Source of the DNA: a virus
Virus record (IMG/VR): IMGVR_UViG_3300047476_000972
Location: 1-64,000 of that record
Length of the DNA stretch: 64,000 nucleotides
Reading direction: 5' to 3' (one strand)
Part shown: positions 27,904 to 37,048 of the stretch, piece by piece
How the letters are laid out: every line of letters begins with the position of its first letter
How positions within the stretch are numbered: the first letter of the stretch is position 1
Notes under the pieces: generated by a model
Told to the model about the DNA's origin: nothing
Seen by the model: the letters and a program-made list of their open reading frames with translations, nothing else
Databases searched by the model: none
Made by a program: the position numbers and the translations under genes

Positions 27904-29721
27904 ATGGCAGGACTAGAAGGCATTCAGCTAGAGCTGGTAGATAGTGCCGAACAAGCATCTAAGTTTATTACTTGGCTTGGTGAGAGGCGTCCACTAAATG
28001 CCATTGCCATTGATACCGAGACCGGGGAGCTTCCGGGAAATCCGCGTGACCACGCTCTATCACCTTGGCATGGACGCCTGCGCCTAGCTCAGGTGGGTGA
28101 TGGCATGACTGGCTGGGCTATTCCTTGGGACGAGTGGGGTGGTGTTTTCTACGAGGCCATGGGTAAATTCGATGGGCCTATTGTCTGCCACAACATTGCT
28201 TTCGAGGCTAAGTGGTTTGAGATCCAATCTCGCTGGAGCATGCCTTGGCACCGATCACATGACACGATGATCATGGCGCAGCTAATTGATCCGCTTGGCC
28301 AAGGCGGTCTAAAGCCCCTCACTGAACGTTATGTTGATCGCCACGCAGCGTATCTACAGACTCAGTTGGATGTGGGGCTAGCTGCTAATGGTTGGACTTG
28401 GGGTACTGTTCCAACTACCTTTGCACCTTACTGGTCTTATGGCGCACTAGACACGATTCTCACGATGCGACTTTTTGAGCAATTCTGGGAGAAGTGTGCT
28501 CCAGGTCGTCCATACTCTCAGGCCTACGAGCTAGAGATGAATACTCGCCGTATCGTGACCCGCATGGAGCTTAACGGTGCTCGCCTAGATCTGGATTACT
28601 CGCAGAAGAAGTTTAATGACTTGCTTCAATACACCGAGCAAGTGAAAGACTGGGTTCAGAAAACATACAACGCTTCAGTCACGAGTAATCCTCAGATGGC
28701 GCGCGTATTCGAGGAGCAACTCGGATCTCAGATTACCGAGACCACCCCTAGTGGGCAGAAGTCATTGACCAAGGACCAGCTCAAGCTATTCACTATCCAC
28801 GGCTCTGAAGAAGTTAAGCAGCTTGCAGACACGATGTTGAAGCAACGTAAAGCTGACAAGCTCGCAAACACTTACTTCCTAAACTTCATTAACGACAACG
28901 TAAACGGATTTGTTCACCCGTCCGTAAAGACCATGGGTGCTCGTACTGGACGCATGTCTATCCAGAACCCTGCGCTACAGACTCTTCCAAAAGGTGATGA
29001 CACCGTACGTCGTGCGTTCTTGCCTAAGGACGATGATCACGTAATTATTACGTCCGACCTTGATCAGGTAGAGTTCCGTATGTTTTCTTCCCTGTCTGGT
29101 GATGAAAACCTTATCAATCTATTCAATATGGCAGATGCTACTGGCTCTGACCCATTTACCGAGATCGGACGTGAAATCTACGCTGACCCGACCATGCAAA
29201 AGTCTGATAAGCGCCGTGGCCTAATTAAGGGTGTGGTTTATGGTCGCCTATATGGTGCTGGCGTCTCAAAGCAAGCCCTGACTGCGGGAGTGCCTGAAGA
29301 ACAGATGCGTGCCGTATCTAACGCTTTCGATGATCGTTTCCCTGGAATGTCACTATTCCAGAAGAAAGTAGAAGATATTGGAATGCGTCGCTTGCGAGCA
29401 GAGGGCCAAGGTTATGTAAATACTTGGACTGGGCGTCGCTTACCTTGCGATGAAGACCGCGTCTACACTTTGGTTAATTATCTAATTCAAGGAGGAGCGG
29501 CCGAGGTATTCAAGTCGAACTTGATTAAGTTGGATCAAGCTGACTTGACTGAACTTTTGATCGTCCCTGTGCATGACGAAATTGTAGTAAATGCCCCTCG
29601 AAAAGAGGCGGAAGAAATTAAACAGTTGGTTCGTAAATGTATGACAACCACTGAAGGCTGGGCTGTCCCCCTAACAGCTGATGCCGATGGCCCACTAGAG
29701 ACTTGGGGAGATAAATACTAA
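27904..29721 (+). CDS. polA: Family A DNA polymerase (3'-5' exonuclease + polymerase)
   Basis: Exo motifs IDTET, HNIAFE, YGALD; pol motifs RTGRMS..NP.LQ, DLDQVEFR, KGVVYGRLYG, NYLIQG, VHDEIV. ATG 27904 has an AAAGGA SD (ORF track starts at TTG 27850). Confidence 0.95.
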   Translation: MAGLEGIQLELVDSAEQASKFITWLGERRPLNAIAIDTETGELPGNPRDHALSPWHGRLRLAQVGDGMTGWAIPWDEWGGVFYEAMGKFDGPIVCHNIAFEAKWFEIQSRWSMPWHRSHDTMIMAQLIDPLGQGGLKPLTERYVDRHAAYLQTQLDVGLAANGWTWGTVPTTFAPYWSYGALDTILTMRLFEQFWEKCAPGRPYSQAYELEMNTRRIVTRMELNGARLDLDYSQKKFNDLLQYTEQVKDWVQKTYNASVTSNPQMARVFEEQLGSQITETTPSGQKSLTKDQLKLFTIHGSEEVKQLADTMLKQRKADKLANTYFLNFINDNVNGFVHPSVKTMGARTGRMSIQNPALQTLPKGDDTVRRAFLPKDDDHVIITSDLDQVEFRMFSSLSGDENLINLFNMADATGSDPFTEIGREIYADPTMQKSDKRRGLIKGVVYGRLYGAGVSKQALTAGVPEEQMRAVSNAFDDRFPGMSLFQKKVEDIGMRRLRAEGQGYVNTWTGRRLPCDEDRVYTLVNYLIQGGAAEVFKSNLIKLDQADLTELLIVPVHDEIVVNAPRKEAEEIKQLVRKCMTTTEGWAVPLTADADGPLETWGDKY

Positions 29722-30176
29722 TGATCTACGTTCTTGCAGTTGACCCTGGTAAAGCCACCGGAATGGCGCTATTTAGCCTCCAAAAAGGCCAAGATCCGGT
29801 CCTAGAGTGGTCAGGGGAGTTTCAACAGCACGAATACGCATCTCCAATTCGCGCCTCTCTAGCGACCGTACAAGGCGAATTAGAGGTGGTCTGCGAGCGA
29901 TTCACAATTAACGCCCAGACTGTTAAAAACTCTCAGGCCCCGTACTCGCTCGAGCAGATTGGCATCCTCAAGCAATGTCTTATGGATGCTGGTCGCCCGG
30001 CCGATGACATTTATTTTCAAAGCCCTGCGGACGCAAAAGCCATGTTTTCCAACGAAAAGCTGAAGAAGCTTGGCTATTGGCATAAAGGTGGCGAAGGCCA
30101 CGCACTTGACGCCATCCGACACGGTCTGCTAAGGTGTATCAAAGCTGGTTGGAAACCTATACAGCTACTAAATTAG
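29721..30176 (+). CDS. RuvC-like Holliday junction resolvase
   Basis: LAVDPGKATG...VVCERF...HALDAIRH. Confidence 0.75.
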   Translation: MIYVLAVDPGKATGMALFSLQKGQDPVLEWSGEFQQHEYASPIRASLATVQGELEVVCERFTINAQTVKNSQAPYSLEQIGILKQCLMDAGRPADDIYFQSPADAKAMFSNEKLKKLGYWHKGGEGHALDAIRHGLLRCIKAGWKPIQLLN

Positions 30177-30177
30177 T

Positions 30178-30224
30178 TATTATCAAAAAAATAACTTGAC
30201 AAAGTTTTTTTCTGATAATATAAA
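30178..30224 (+). promoter_or_regulatory. Promoter (TTGACA at 30196; TATAAA/TAATAT) embedded in a 43-bp imperfect palindrome
   Basis: TATTATCAAAAAAATAACTT-GAC-AAAGTTTTTTTCTGATAATA; TTGACA-17 bp-TATAAA. Confidence 0.6.
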
Positions 30225-30250
30225 TATACGTAAAGACGCAAAGGATAAAA

Positions 30251-32062
30251 ATGTCAGTTTTTGTTGAGCTAGAGGAATCTGGCGTAGACATCATTATTAA
30301 CGCCGAGTGGCGTCTGAAAGAGCTGTGCAAGAGCATTCCTGGCGCTACTTGGAATTCTAAGGAAGGCGTCTGGCGACTAGCTGCGTCTTGGGCTGGATGT
30401 TTGGCCTTGCGCTCTACCTTTAAGGAAAGCCTTGAGATCGGCCCTCGCTTGGCCGAGTGGGCTAAGAACGAAAAGCTTAACCGTATTGATCCGTCAAATC
30501 ACCTACGCGATGTAGACATGATGGAAGACGGAGATCAGGATCTTTTCCCTCACCAGCGTGCAGGAGTCGAGTTCCTATCCACTGCTCGCCGTGCTCTTCT
30601 AGCTGACGAGCCTGGACTTGGCAAAACCGCTCAGGCTATCCGCTCCCTAAAGCGCCTGCATGACAAAGGCGAAGCAGTTTTTCCGGCATTAATCGTATGC
30701 CCGAATACTTTGAAGAAGAACTGGGAGCGTGAGTTTGATAAGTGGTGGCCTGGAGTAAATGTCACCGTTATTGGAGGATCAGCTACGCAACGTCGTGCTC
30801 AATTTGAAAGTGACGCCGAGGTTTATGTAATTAACTGGGAGTCTTTGCGTAGCCACTCTCGCCTCGCTCCTTATGGCTCTATTGCTCTAGCTCGATGCCA
30901 AGACTGCGACGGACATGACTCGCGTATTACCCCTGCTCGTTGTGAAGTACACCGCCGTGAGCTAAACACTATTGACTTCAAGGCTGTTATTGCTGACGAG
31001 ATTCATCGCTCTAAAGACCCTAAGTCTAAGCAGACTCGCGCTCTTTGGGCCGCCACTGGCGAAGCTGATATCCGCTATGCACTAACTGGTACTCCAATTG
31101 CCAATGACGTTGTAGATCTTTGGCCAATTCTTCACTGGATCTCTCCAGAAGAATGGCCAAGCAAGACTCGCTGGATTGACCGCATGATCAACACTATGCT
31201 CAACGCATTCGGTGGAATGATGGTTCTTGGTGTAAAGCCAGACATGGAGCAAGAGTTTTACGCAGCTATCAATCCACGCATGCGTCGTATGCTCAAGGCT
31301 AAGGTTCTACCTTGGCTACCTGCTGTTCTCACGGAGCGTCGTGACGTCGAGATGGGTGCTAAACAAGCTAAGGCCTATAAGCAGATGCTCGAGAACATGA
31401 TTGCTTTGATTGAAGCCCCTGATGGCACTCTCGGAGATGCAGTTGTTGCGCCTAATCCTCTTACCCAAGCTCTACGTCTACTACAGTTTGCTAGCTCTTA
31501 CGCAACCATCGAAGTAAATGAATCGGGACAAGAGAGCCTTATTTTGTCAGACCCTTCTTGTAAGGTTGATGCTCTGATGGATGACATGAAGAATGGTGAC
31601 TTTGGCGATGACTCTGTTGCAGTCTGTGCAGTATCACGCCAGCTGATTGAAATCCTAAGTGCACGTCTTACAAAAGAAGGCATTGCTCATGGGCTGATCA
31701 CTGGCTCAATCACAGCTGAAGATCGCCAAAAGGCTATTGATGACTTCCAGTCTGGAAAGACTAAGTGGATCCTTTTCACGGCACAAGCTGGTGGTGTGGG
31801 TGTTACCTTGACAACAGCGCGTCGCCTTGTTATGCTTCAAAGGCCATGGTCTCTTGTTGACTACAAGCAGGCTTTGGACCGTGTTCACCGCATTGGCTCT
31901 GAGATTCACGATTCAGTGATTATCACCGACTACGTAACTCAGGGGACTGTCGAAGAGCGTGTAATCCAGGCTCTAGACACTAAAGCTGACAATTTTGAGC
32001 AGATTGTTCGTGACAAGCACCAGCTGCTCCAAATGCTTAAAGAAAGCAAGGCAACTCTATAA
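30251..32062 (+). CDS. SNF2-family (DEAD/H-like) helicase
   Basis: LADEPGLGKT, DEIH, LTGTP, QALDRVHRIG motifs. Confidence 0.9.
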   Translation: MSVFVELEESGVDIIINAEWRLKELCKSIPGATWNSKEGVWRLAASWAGCLALRSTFKESLEIGPRLAEWAKNEKLNRIDPSNHLRDVDMMEDGDQDLFPHQRAGVEFLSTARRALLADEPGLGKTAQAIRSLKRLHDKGEAVFPALIVCPNTLKKNWEREFDKWWPGVNVTVIGGSATQRRAQFESDAEVYVINWESLRSHSRLAPYGSIALARCQDCDGHDSRITPARCEVHRRELNTIDFKAVIADEIHRSKDPKSKQTRALWAATGEADIRYALTGTPIANDVVDLWPILHWISPEEWPSKTRWIDRMINTMLNAFGGMMVLGVKPDMEQEFYAAINPRMRRMLKAKVLPWLPAVLTERRDVEMGAKQAKAYKQMLENMIALIEAPDGTLGDAVVAPNPLTQALRLLQFASSYATIEVNESGQESLILSDPSCKVDALMDDMKNGDFGDDSVAVCAVSRQLIEILSARLTKEGIAHGLITGSITAEDRQKAIDDFQSGKTKWILFTAQAGGVGVTLTTARRLVMLQRPWSLVDYKQALDRVHRIGSEIHDSVIITDYVTQGTVEERVIQALDTKADNFEQIVRDKHQLLQMLKESKATL

Positions 32063-33000
32063 TGATGACTGAACCTATTCGCATCTCTAACTCTGAGATT
32101 CAAACCTTCAAGGATTGCCGTCGCCGGTGGTGGTTTACTTACTATCGCCGTCTCAAGCCAAAGATGGCTGAGTTTACTGGTGCACTCGCGCTTGGATCTC
32201 GTATCCACGAGGCACTAGATCAGTACTACAGCTCAAAGATGGAGCGTGACCTACTTCAGATTCACGCTGAACTAGTTGCTGCAGACATGAAGACTCTTAC
32301 CGACGAGTTTCGTGACACAACCAGCCTAGAGACCGAAGCTGAGCTTGGTCGCGTAATGCTTGAGGGCTACCTAGAGTGGATGGAACTCGAAGGTATTGAC
32401 GCAGAGCTAGAAATGATCTCTACTGAAGAGATTATTGAGCGTCCAATGATGGACGGTCGCGTCACCCTTCAGGGAAAAATTGACATGCGTGTTCGTCGCA
32501 AGATTGACGGCGTTCGTATGTTCCGTGACTTCAAGACTGTTGGTGGATCTTTTGCTGACTTTGGGTCTATCGCCCACATGAACGAGCAGGTCTTGACTTA
32601 TATGGTTCTAGAGGAAGCTCAGAACAAGGATGGCGAACGCTCAGAGGGTGGTATCTTTACGATGCTTCGTAAGGTTAAGCGCGGTGCTTATGCTAAGCCA
32701 CCGTTCTATGACCAGATTGAAGTTCGTCACAATGCTTTTACTTTGCGCTCGTTCTACCAGCGTCTAGAGGGAACCCTAGAGGACATCCTTCGAGTGCGTG
32801 ATGGACTTGACGCTGGTGAAAGCCACTATAAACTTGCATATCCTAAGCCGTCTCGTGACTGCAAATGGAAATGCCAATTCTTCTCTATTTGCCCGCTGGT
32901 TGACGATGGTTCGGCAGCTGAAGCAGCAATTAGTGATGCGTTTGCGGTCGCCGACCCTTACGGTTATTACGGAATCGAAGAAAAGAAAGGAAGTGAGTAA
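32062..33000 (+). CDS. Cas4-like / PD-(D/E)xK exonuclease
   Basis: ISNSEI..F..CRRRW, GKID...RDFKT, C-terminal C.WKC.F..IC (Fe-S-type Cys pattern). Confidence 0.85.
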   Translation: MMTEPIRISNSEIQTFKDCRRRWWFTYYRRLKPKMAEFTGALALGSRIHEALDQYYSSKMERDLLQIHAELVAADMKTLTDEFRDTTSLETEAELGRVMLEGYLEWMELEGIDAELEMISTEEIIERPMMDGRVTLQGKIDMRVRRKIDGVRMFRDFKTVGGSFADFGSIAHMNEQVLTYMVLEEAQNKDGERSEGGIFTMLRKVKRGAYAKPPFYDQIEVRHNAFTLRSFYQRLEGTLEDILRVRDGLDAGESHYKLAYPKPSRDCKWKCQFFSICPLVDDGSAAEAAISDAFAVADPYGYYGIEEKKGSE

Positions 33001-33002
33001 GA

Positions 33003-33767
33003 ATGTCGGAAGTCGATCGCAGTTTAACAATTATGGTTTATGGCGAATCGAAGGTTGGTAAATCAACCTTTGCCGTTACAGCTCCTTACCCACGTCTTAT
33101 GCTTGACGTTGAGGGTGGACATCGTTTCCTCCCAATCACTGTCAAGTACTGGGACCCTATTCGCGAAGAACCACCGGTTGCTGATGGAACATGGGACACT
33201 GTTGTGGTCCAGGTTCGTGACTACGATGTAGTCCTCAAGACCTTCCAGTGGCTTCAGAGTGGGAAGCACCAGTTCAAGTCCTTGATCATCGACTCAATCT
33301 CTGAGTTGCAGGTCAAGTGCATGGACAACATTGCAGGAACCGAACAGATGAAGATGCAACAGTGGGGCGAATTGCTTCGCCACATGGGCGCGCTACTTCG
33401 TGATCTTCGTGACCTAACAATGCACCCAACTCAGCCTCTTGAGGCTGTAGTTCTGACCGCTATGGCACGTAAGGGTCAGGACGGCGTTTACCGTCCTTAT
33501 CTACAGGGTCAGCTAGCAATTCAGGCCCCGTACTTCTATGACATCCTAGGCGCAATCACAGTGGAACAGTTCCCTAACTCGGACCCACTGCAGCCTCCAT
33601 ACAAGGTGCGACGCATGTACGTTGAGCGCACACCTGAGTATGAAGCTGGAGAACGCGTCCAGGGTCGTCTAGGAAAAATCGTCGAGCAGGGAGACCTTGG
33701 TGTCGAACGCATGCTCGATGTAATCTTTGGCGAAAAGACAAAGACCACAAAGAAAACAAGTAACTAA
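33003..33767 (+). CDS. AAA_24 / Sak4-like ATPase (recombinase)
   Basis: VYGESKVGKST, LDVEGG, LIIDSISEL; sits between exonuclease and SSB. Confidence 0.8.
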   Translation: MSEVDRSLTIMVYGESKVGKSTFAVTAPYPRLMLDVEGGHRFLPITVKYWDPIREEPPVADGTWDTVVVQVRDYDVVLKTFQWLQSGKHQFKSLIIDSISELQVKCMDNIAGTEQMKMQQWGELLRHMGALLRDLRDLTMHPTQPLEAVVLTAMARKGQDGVYRPYLQGQLAIQAPYFYDILGAITVEQFPNSDPLQPPYKVRRMYVERTPEYEAGERVQGRLGKIVEQGDLGVERMLDVIFGEKTKTTKKTSN

Positions 33768-33775
33768 GGAAAATC

Positions 33776-34357
33776 ATGAGTTCACTCAATTGGAGCGACC
33801 TAATCAAGGACGCTGGAGAACCTACTAGCTACGAGCCACTACCTGATGGTGACTACGAACTAAAGGTTATCGAATCAAAGGCTAAGAACACTCAGTCTGG
33901 CAAGACTATGTTCAGCATCACCACCGAGGTTCAGGGTGGCCCGCACGCAAAGCGTCGTGTCTGGGACAACCTGACCGTATCACCTGAGAACCCAAAGGCA
34001 TTGGCTATCTTCTTCTCGAAGATGGAGTCCCTAGGTCTACCTCGTGATTTCTTCACCGCGTCTAACCCAAGCAACGCTCAGATCGAGCAGGCCCTACTAG
34101 GTCGCTCGTTCCGCGGAACGCTAGGTAAGAAGACCTACAACGGTACTGTCAGCAATGAGATTACCAAGTACTTCCGCCTAGTGGCCGATGCAACTGCCGG
34201 AGCACCAGTACCACCTGCTCCAGCTGCGGCACCAGCACCTGCTCCAGCTGCTCCAGTAGCCACTCCGTTTGACGGACCGTCGGTTGCTAACGCAGCACCA
34301 GCACCTGCTCCAGCACCAGCACCTGCGGCTCCTGTTTCATCAGAAGAGCCGTTCTAA
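33776..34357 (+). CDS. DUF669-type single-stranded DNA-binding protein
   Basis: YEPLPDGDY.LKV...SGKTM...VWDNL; Pro/Ala linker; acidic EEPF tail. Confidence 0.8.
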   Translation: MSSLNWSDLIKDAGEPTSYEPLPDGDYELKVIESKAKNTQSGKTMFSITTEVQGGPHAKRRVWDNLTVSPENPKALAIFFSKMESLGLPRDFFTASNPSNAQIEQALLGRSFRGTLGKKTYNGTVSNEITKYFRLVADATAGAPVPPAPAAAPAPAPAAPVATPFDGPSVANAAPAPAPAPAPAAPVSSEEPF

Positions 34358-34368
34358 ATAAAAGTATC

Positions 34369-34402
34369 GAGGGGGTGTCTTATAGGCACCCCCTCTTTAT
34401 TT
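34369..34402 (+). terminator. Rho-independent terminator
   Basis: GAGGGGGTGTCT-TAT-AGGCACCCCCTC followed by TTTATTT. Confidence 0.8.
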
Positions 34403-34415
34403 ATAAAGGGTTAAG

Positions 34416-35456
34416 ATGAAAGTACTATTTACTGGAATGCTGTCTGCTCACTGTAAGGTGCCGACAGATGTCTCAAACAAGACTTTTTACACTGCATTTT
34501 CTTTAGTGTTTAGAGATCTATATCCAGAAGCTGAAATTGAGTGGAAAGCGCCGTCTCTAGCGTGGGACGAGGAATATCTTTCACAATATGATTTCATTTT
34601 TATTGGAATGGTGCCACCTACTTCGATGAGCGCCAACATGATCTACGGAACCCTTAAGTGTCTAGACACCGTCTACGATTGGCCTAATGTTCGTCTGATA
34701 ATGGACTCTCCCCAGCTGTGGCAATATGCCCCTGGGCTATCTGCTATCAGTAAAGACCCTACTTACTTAGTGAGTAGTTTCTACTCTAAGCGCCCTAGCT
34801 ATAAGCAAGCCGACACATACAAAACACTATCTAGCTTCAAGCGAGTGGCTGAGAGGATGCTTACTGAGAAGTGGCCTAAAGTCATTTATCCAGAACTCCC
34901 TTGGCACGACTCGGCCCGTAAGAGTGAATTGATCTCCGATCACCTGCCTCATGTCACTGACGCTTTCGGACTAAATTTAGATGGATACTTTCTAAACAAT
35001 AAAAATCCAGACTATAAAGAGGTCTTTGACGCCCCTTGGTCTGTCGACAGCTTCAAATCTAAATGGGCTGGGAAGCTCAGCCGGACTGTATCCATGTCGT
35101 TCAGCGAGCTAAAGCTTGGAAAGACTTTTAATGATGTCCATGCAGAAGCTGCGCTTCGTAGTTCAATCGGCCTGATTGTTCCGCCTACGGACCGCAACGT
35201 CGGGACGTGGTGGAGTTATAGGTACCTGCAGGGCTTGCTCTCTGGCGTTCCTGTAGCGACTGACTGGACTGAGTCTAAAGCTTTGGGATCGGCGTGGGCC
35301 GTATTACCGTATCAAATCGAGGACATGACCCCGATTGAACGAAAAGAGCTGGCTCAGAAGCAACTCGAATCTTATAAAAAGAACGCCCCGAGTCTGCCTG
35401 AACTAAAGCAAAAAATTGAACTAGTATTAAACCATAAAGGAGAACACAATGCCTGA
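34416..35456 (+). CDS. Hypothetical protein, possibly GT-B-fold glycosyltransferase-like
   Basis: MKVLFTG N-terminal strand; YDFIFIG; C-terminal GLIVPP...WWSYRYLQGLLSGVPVATD resembles GT-B C-terminal domains. The fold call is tentative. Confidence 0.45.
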   Translation: MKVLFTGMLSAHCKVPTDVSNKTFYTAFSLVFRDLYPEAEIEWKAPSLAWDEEYLSQYDFIFIGMVPPTSMSANMIYGTLKCLDTVYDWPNVRLIMDSPQLWQYAPGLSAISKDPTYLVSSFYSKRPSYKQADTYKTLSSFKRVAERMLTEKWPKVIYPELPWHDSARKSELISDHLPHVTDAFGLNLDGYFLNNKNPDYKEVFDAPWSVDSFKSKWAGKLSRTVSMSFSELKLGKTFNDVHAEAALRSSIGLIVPPTDRNVGTWWSYRYLQGLLSGVPVATDWTESKALGSAWAVLPYQIEDMTPIERKELAQKQLESYKKNAPSLPELKQKIELVLNHKGEHNA

Positions 35457-35877
35457 AGTAAATGATGCGTGGGTAAAACAGCAACTAGAAGAGGCTAAGG
35501 TCCGAGTAGGATCTGGCAAGGCGATTATCCGGTTGCTAGAGACATGGGAATCCCTAGGTGATTTGTCGGATAACATCTCTAAAGAGACCATTGAAATTTT
35601 CAGTCGACTAGCCCTAGGCAGGTTGGCTAAAGACCCAGAAGCAAAGCCAGACGAGGTCTGGGTCCCTGCTCAGCCTGGCCAGATCAAAGTTGGCGATGAG
35701 GTCCGAGTCCTAGTAGACGCCTTTAATGACAAGACTGGTGTAATCCATAATGGTCGTCGTGGGAAAGTAACAGCAGTGCGTTATGGCGATGTAATCTTTA
35801 AGTCAACGGATGGCAAGACTCCAGAACTAGATGGAGTTCACTACTCTCCATATAAGTTAGAAAAAAGGATTAAGTAA
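35449..35877 (+). CDS. Hypothetical protein with SH3/KOW-like C-terminal domain
   Basis: IKVGDEVRV...HNGRRGKVTAVRYGDV; AAGGAG SD. Confidence 0.6.
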   Translation: MPEVNDAWVKQQLEEAKVRVGSGKAIIRLLETWESLGDLSDNISKETIEIFSRLALGRLAKDPEAKPDEVWVPAQPGQIKVGDEVRVLVDAFNDKTGVIHNGRRGKVTAVRYGDVIFKSTDGKTPELDGVHYSPYKLEKRIK

Positions 35878-36113
35878 TGCGCACCAGTTTCGAGATTAAG
35901 GTATACGCAAATACCCTAGAAGATGCGAAGACCAAGGCCTACCAAGAAGTCTCTAAGTTCATTGGAGTATCTACAGATGAGGTAAAAGGAATAGTTGACC
36001 TAGAACTTAAGGTGAAAACCTATGATCTAAAGGATGATGCCCCTGAGCCAGACGGTGACTTCGAGGTAGTTGTCTACGGCGCTGTAAAACACAGCATTGT
36101 AAGGCCTCTATAA
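35877..36113 (+). CDS. Hypothetical protein
   Basis: TAATG overlap with the previous gene. Confidence 0.65.
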   Translation: MRTSFEIKVYANTLEDAKTKAYQEVSKFIGVSTDEVKGIVDLELKVKTYDLKDDAPEPDGDFEVVVYGAVKHSIVRPL

Positions 36114-36118
36114 ATTAT

Positions 36119-36147
36119 TTGACAAAACCAACCGTAAGCGGTACATT
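36119..36147 (+). promoter_or_regulatory. Sigma70/SigA-type promoter, probably leaderless
   Basis: TTGACA (36119-36124), 17 bp, TACATT (36142-36147); ATG 6 nt later with no SD. Confidence 0.7.
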
Positions 36148-36153
36148 GTTTTT

Positions 36154-36645
36154 ATGCAAACATTTGTACCGCTTACTTCTTCTTTTGAAGACATTGCCCG
36201 CACACTAGATCGTGCCCGTCTCAATAAGCAAGCCCTAGAAGGCTGGCAGATTTTGATGACCCTCCTTGAGCTGGATCCTCATGGCAACCACCGTGTCCCT
36301 AAGGGCTGGGTAAATCACCCAGCTGTCAAGATGTGGCGCGGCCATGAAATGGCGCTATATCTGTACATTCAAGCTATGGTGGATGAATGGAAGCGTCGTG
36401 GCTATAAGTCAACTATTGGTGACAAAGCTAAAGACACTATCAAGACTGCTATGTCCAAGGGGTTGCTGGCCTCGTCTGCTTCAAGTAATCCACGATGGAT
36501 TTCTGACATGAAATTATTTAAAGAAGTAGCTGCGAGCCATCGGTTAGCTCTTCTTAACAAGGACTACGAGTGGTACTCGCAATTCAATTGGGACGAGGAC
36601 ACTGGTAAAAAGCCAGAAACCTACGAATATCTCTGGCCTGAATAA
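36154..36645 (+). CDS. Pyrimidine-dimer DNA glycosylase-like protein (DenV / MSMEG_6728 family)
   Basis: MQTFVP....A..LD..RLNKQ..E..Q...W.NHPAVKMWRG...SHR..LL.KD...Y. Confidence 0.8.
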   Translation: MQTFVPLTSSFEDIARTLDRARLNKQALEGWQILMTLLELDPHGNHRVPKGWVNHPAVKMWRGHEMALYLYIQAMVDEWKRRGYKSTIGDKAKDTIKTAMSKGLLASSASSNPRWISDMKLFKEVAASHRLALLNKDYEWYSQFNWDEDTGKKPETYEYLWPE

Positions 36646-36703
36646 ATTTGTAATTTACGGTATTTAACACGAAATAGTTAAACTTCAATTGTAGAATCTT
36701 TAT

Positions 36704-37048
36704 ATGAAAGATTCTCGAATTGGCGAGTCGCTTTGGTTTATCTGGGATACCCCCAATAACCAATTTGGCGACTATCCAATTTTCTACACCGAAGATCACG
36801 TTGATATAGATAATGAAGTCGTTCGACGTGCCTTGGCATCTGCAATCCAACGTGAAGGGATAGTATCCTCTCTAGGAGAGGGCTACTTTCTTGTTGATCA
36901 TGGAGAGACTTGGCAAGGGTACTCTGGGTCTGTAGATTCTAGCGAAGTAGAGGATCTTTACGAATGTGATGAGAATGGTTCAACTTCCGACGGAGAAATT
37001 ATGCCAGAAGTTGCCCCCACTACTTGGGTTAGGATTTTTGACTTTTGA
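36704..37048 (+). CDS. Acidic hypothetical protein (probably leaderless; TAGAAT at 36692-36697)
   Basis: 114-aa ORF; -10 hexamer 6 nt before the ATG. Confidence 0.65.
   Translation: MKDSRIGESLWFIWDTPNNQFGDYPIFYTEDHVDIDNEVVRRALASAIQREGIVSSLGEGYFLVDHGETWQGYSGSVDSSEVEDLYECDENGSTSDGEIMPEVAPTTWVRIFDF

Noticed and set aside
27904-29721. DpoZ / 2-aminoadenine (Z) genome
   Set aside because: No purZ, datZ or mazZ-like gene is in the window, and the polymerase cannot be assigned to DpoZ by eye.
32062-33000. CRISPR-associated Cas4
   Set aside because: No cas1/cas2 or array. The exonuclease-Sak4-SSB context indicates a phage recombination module.
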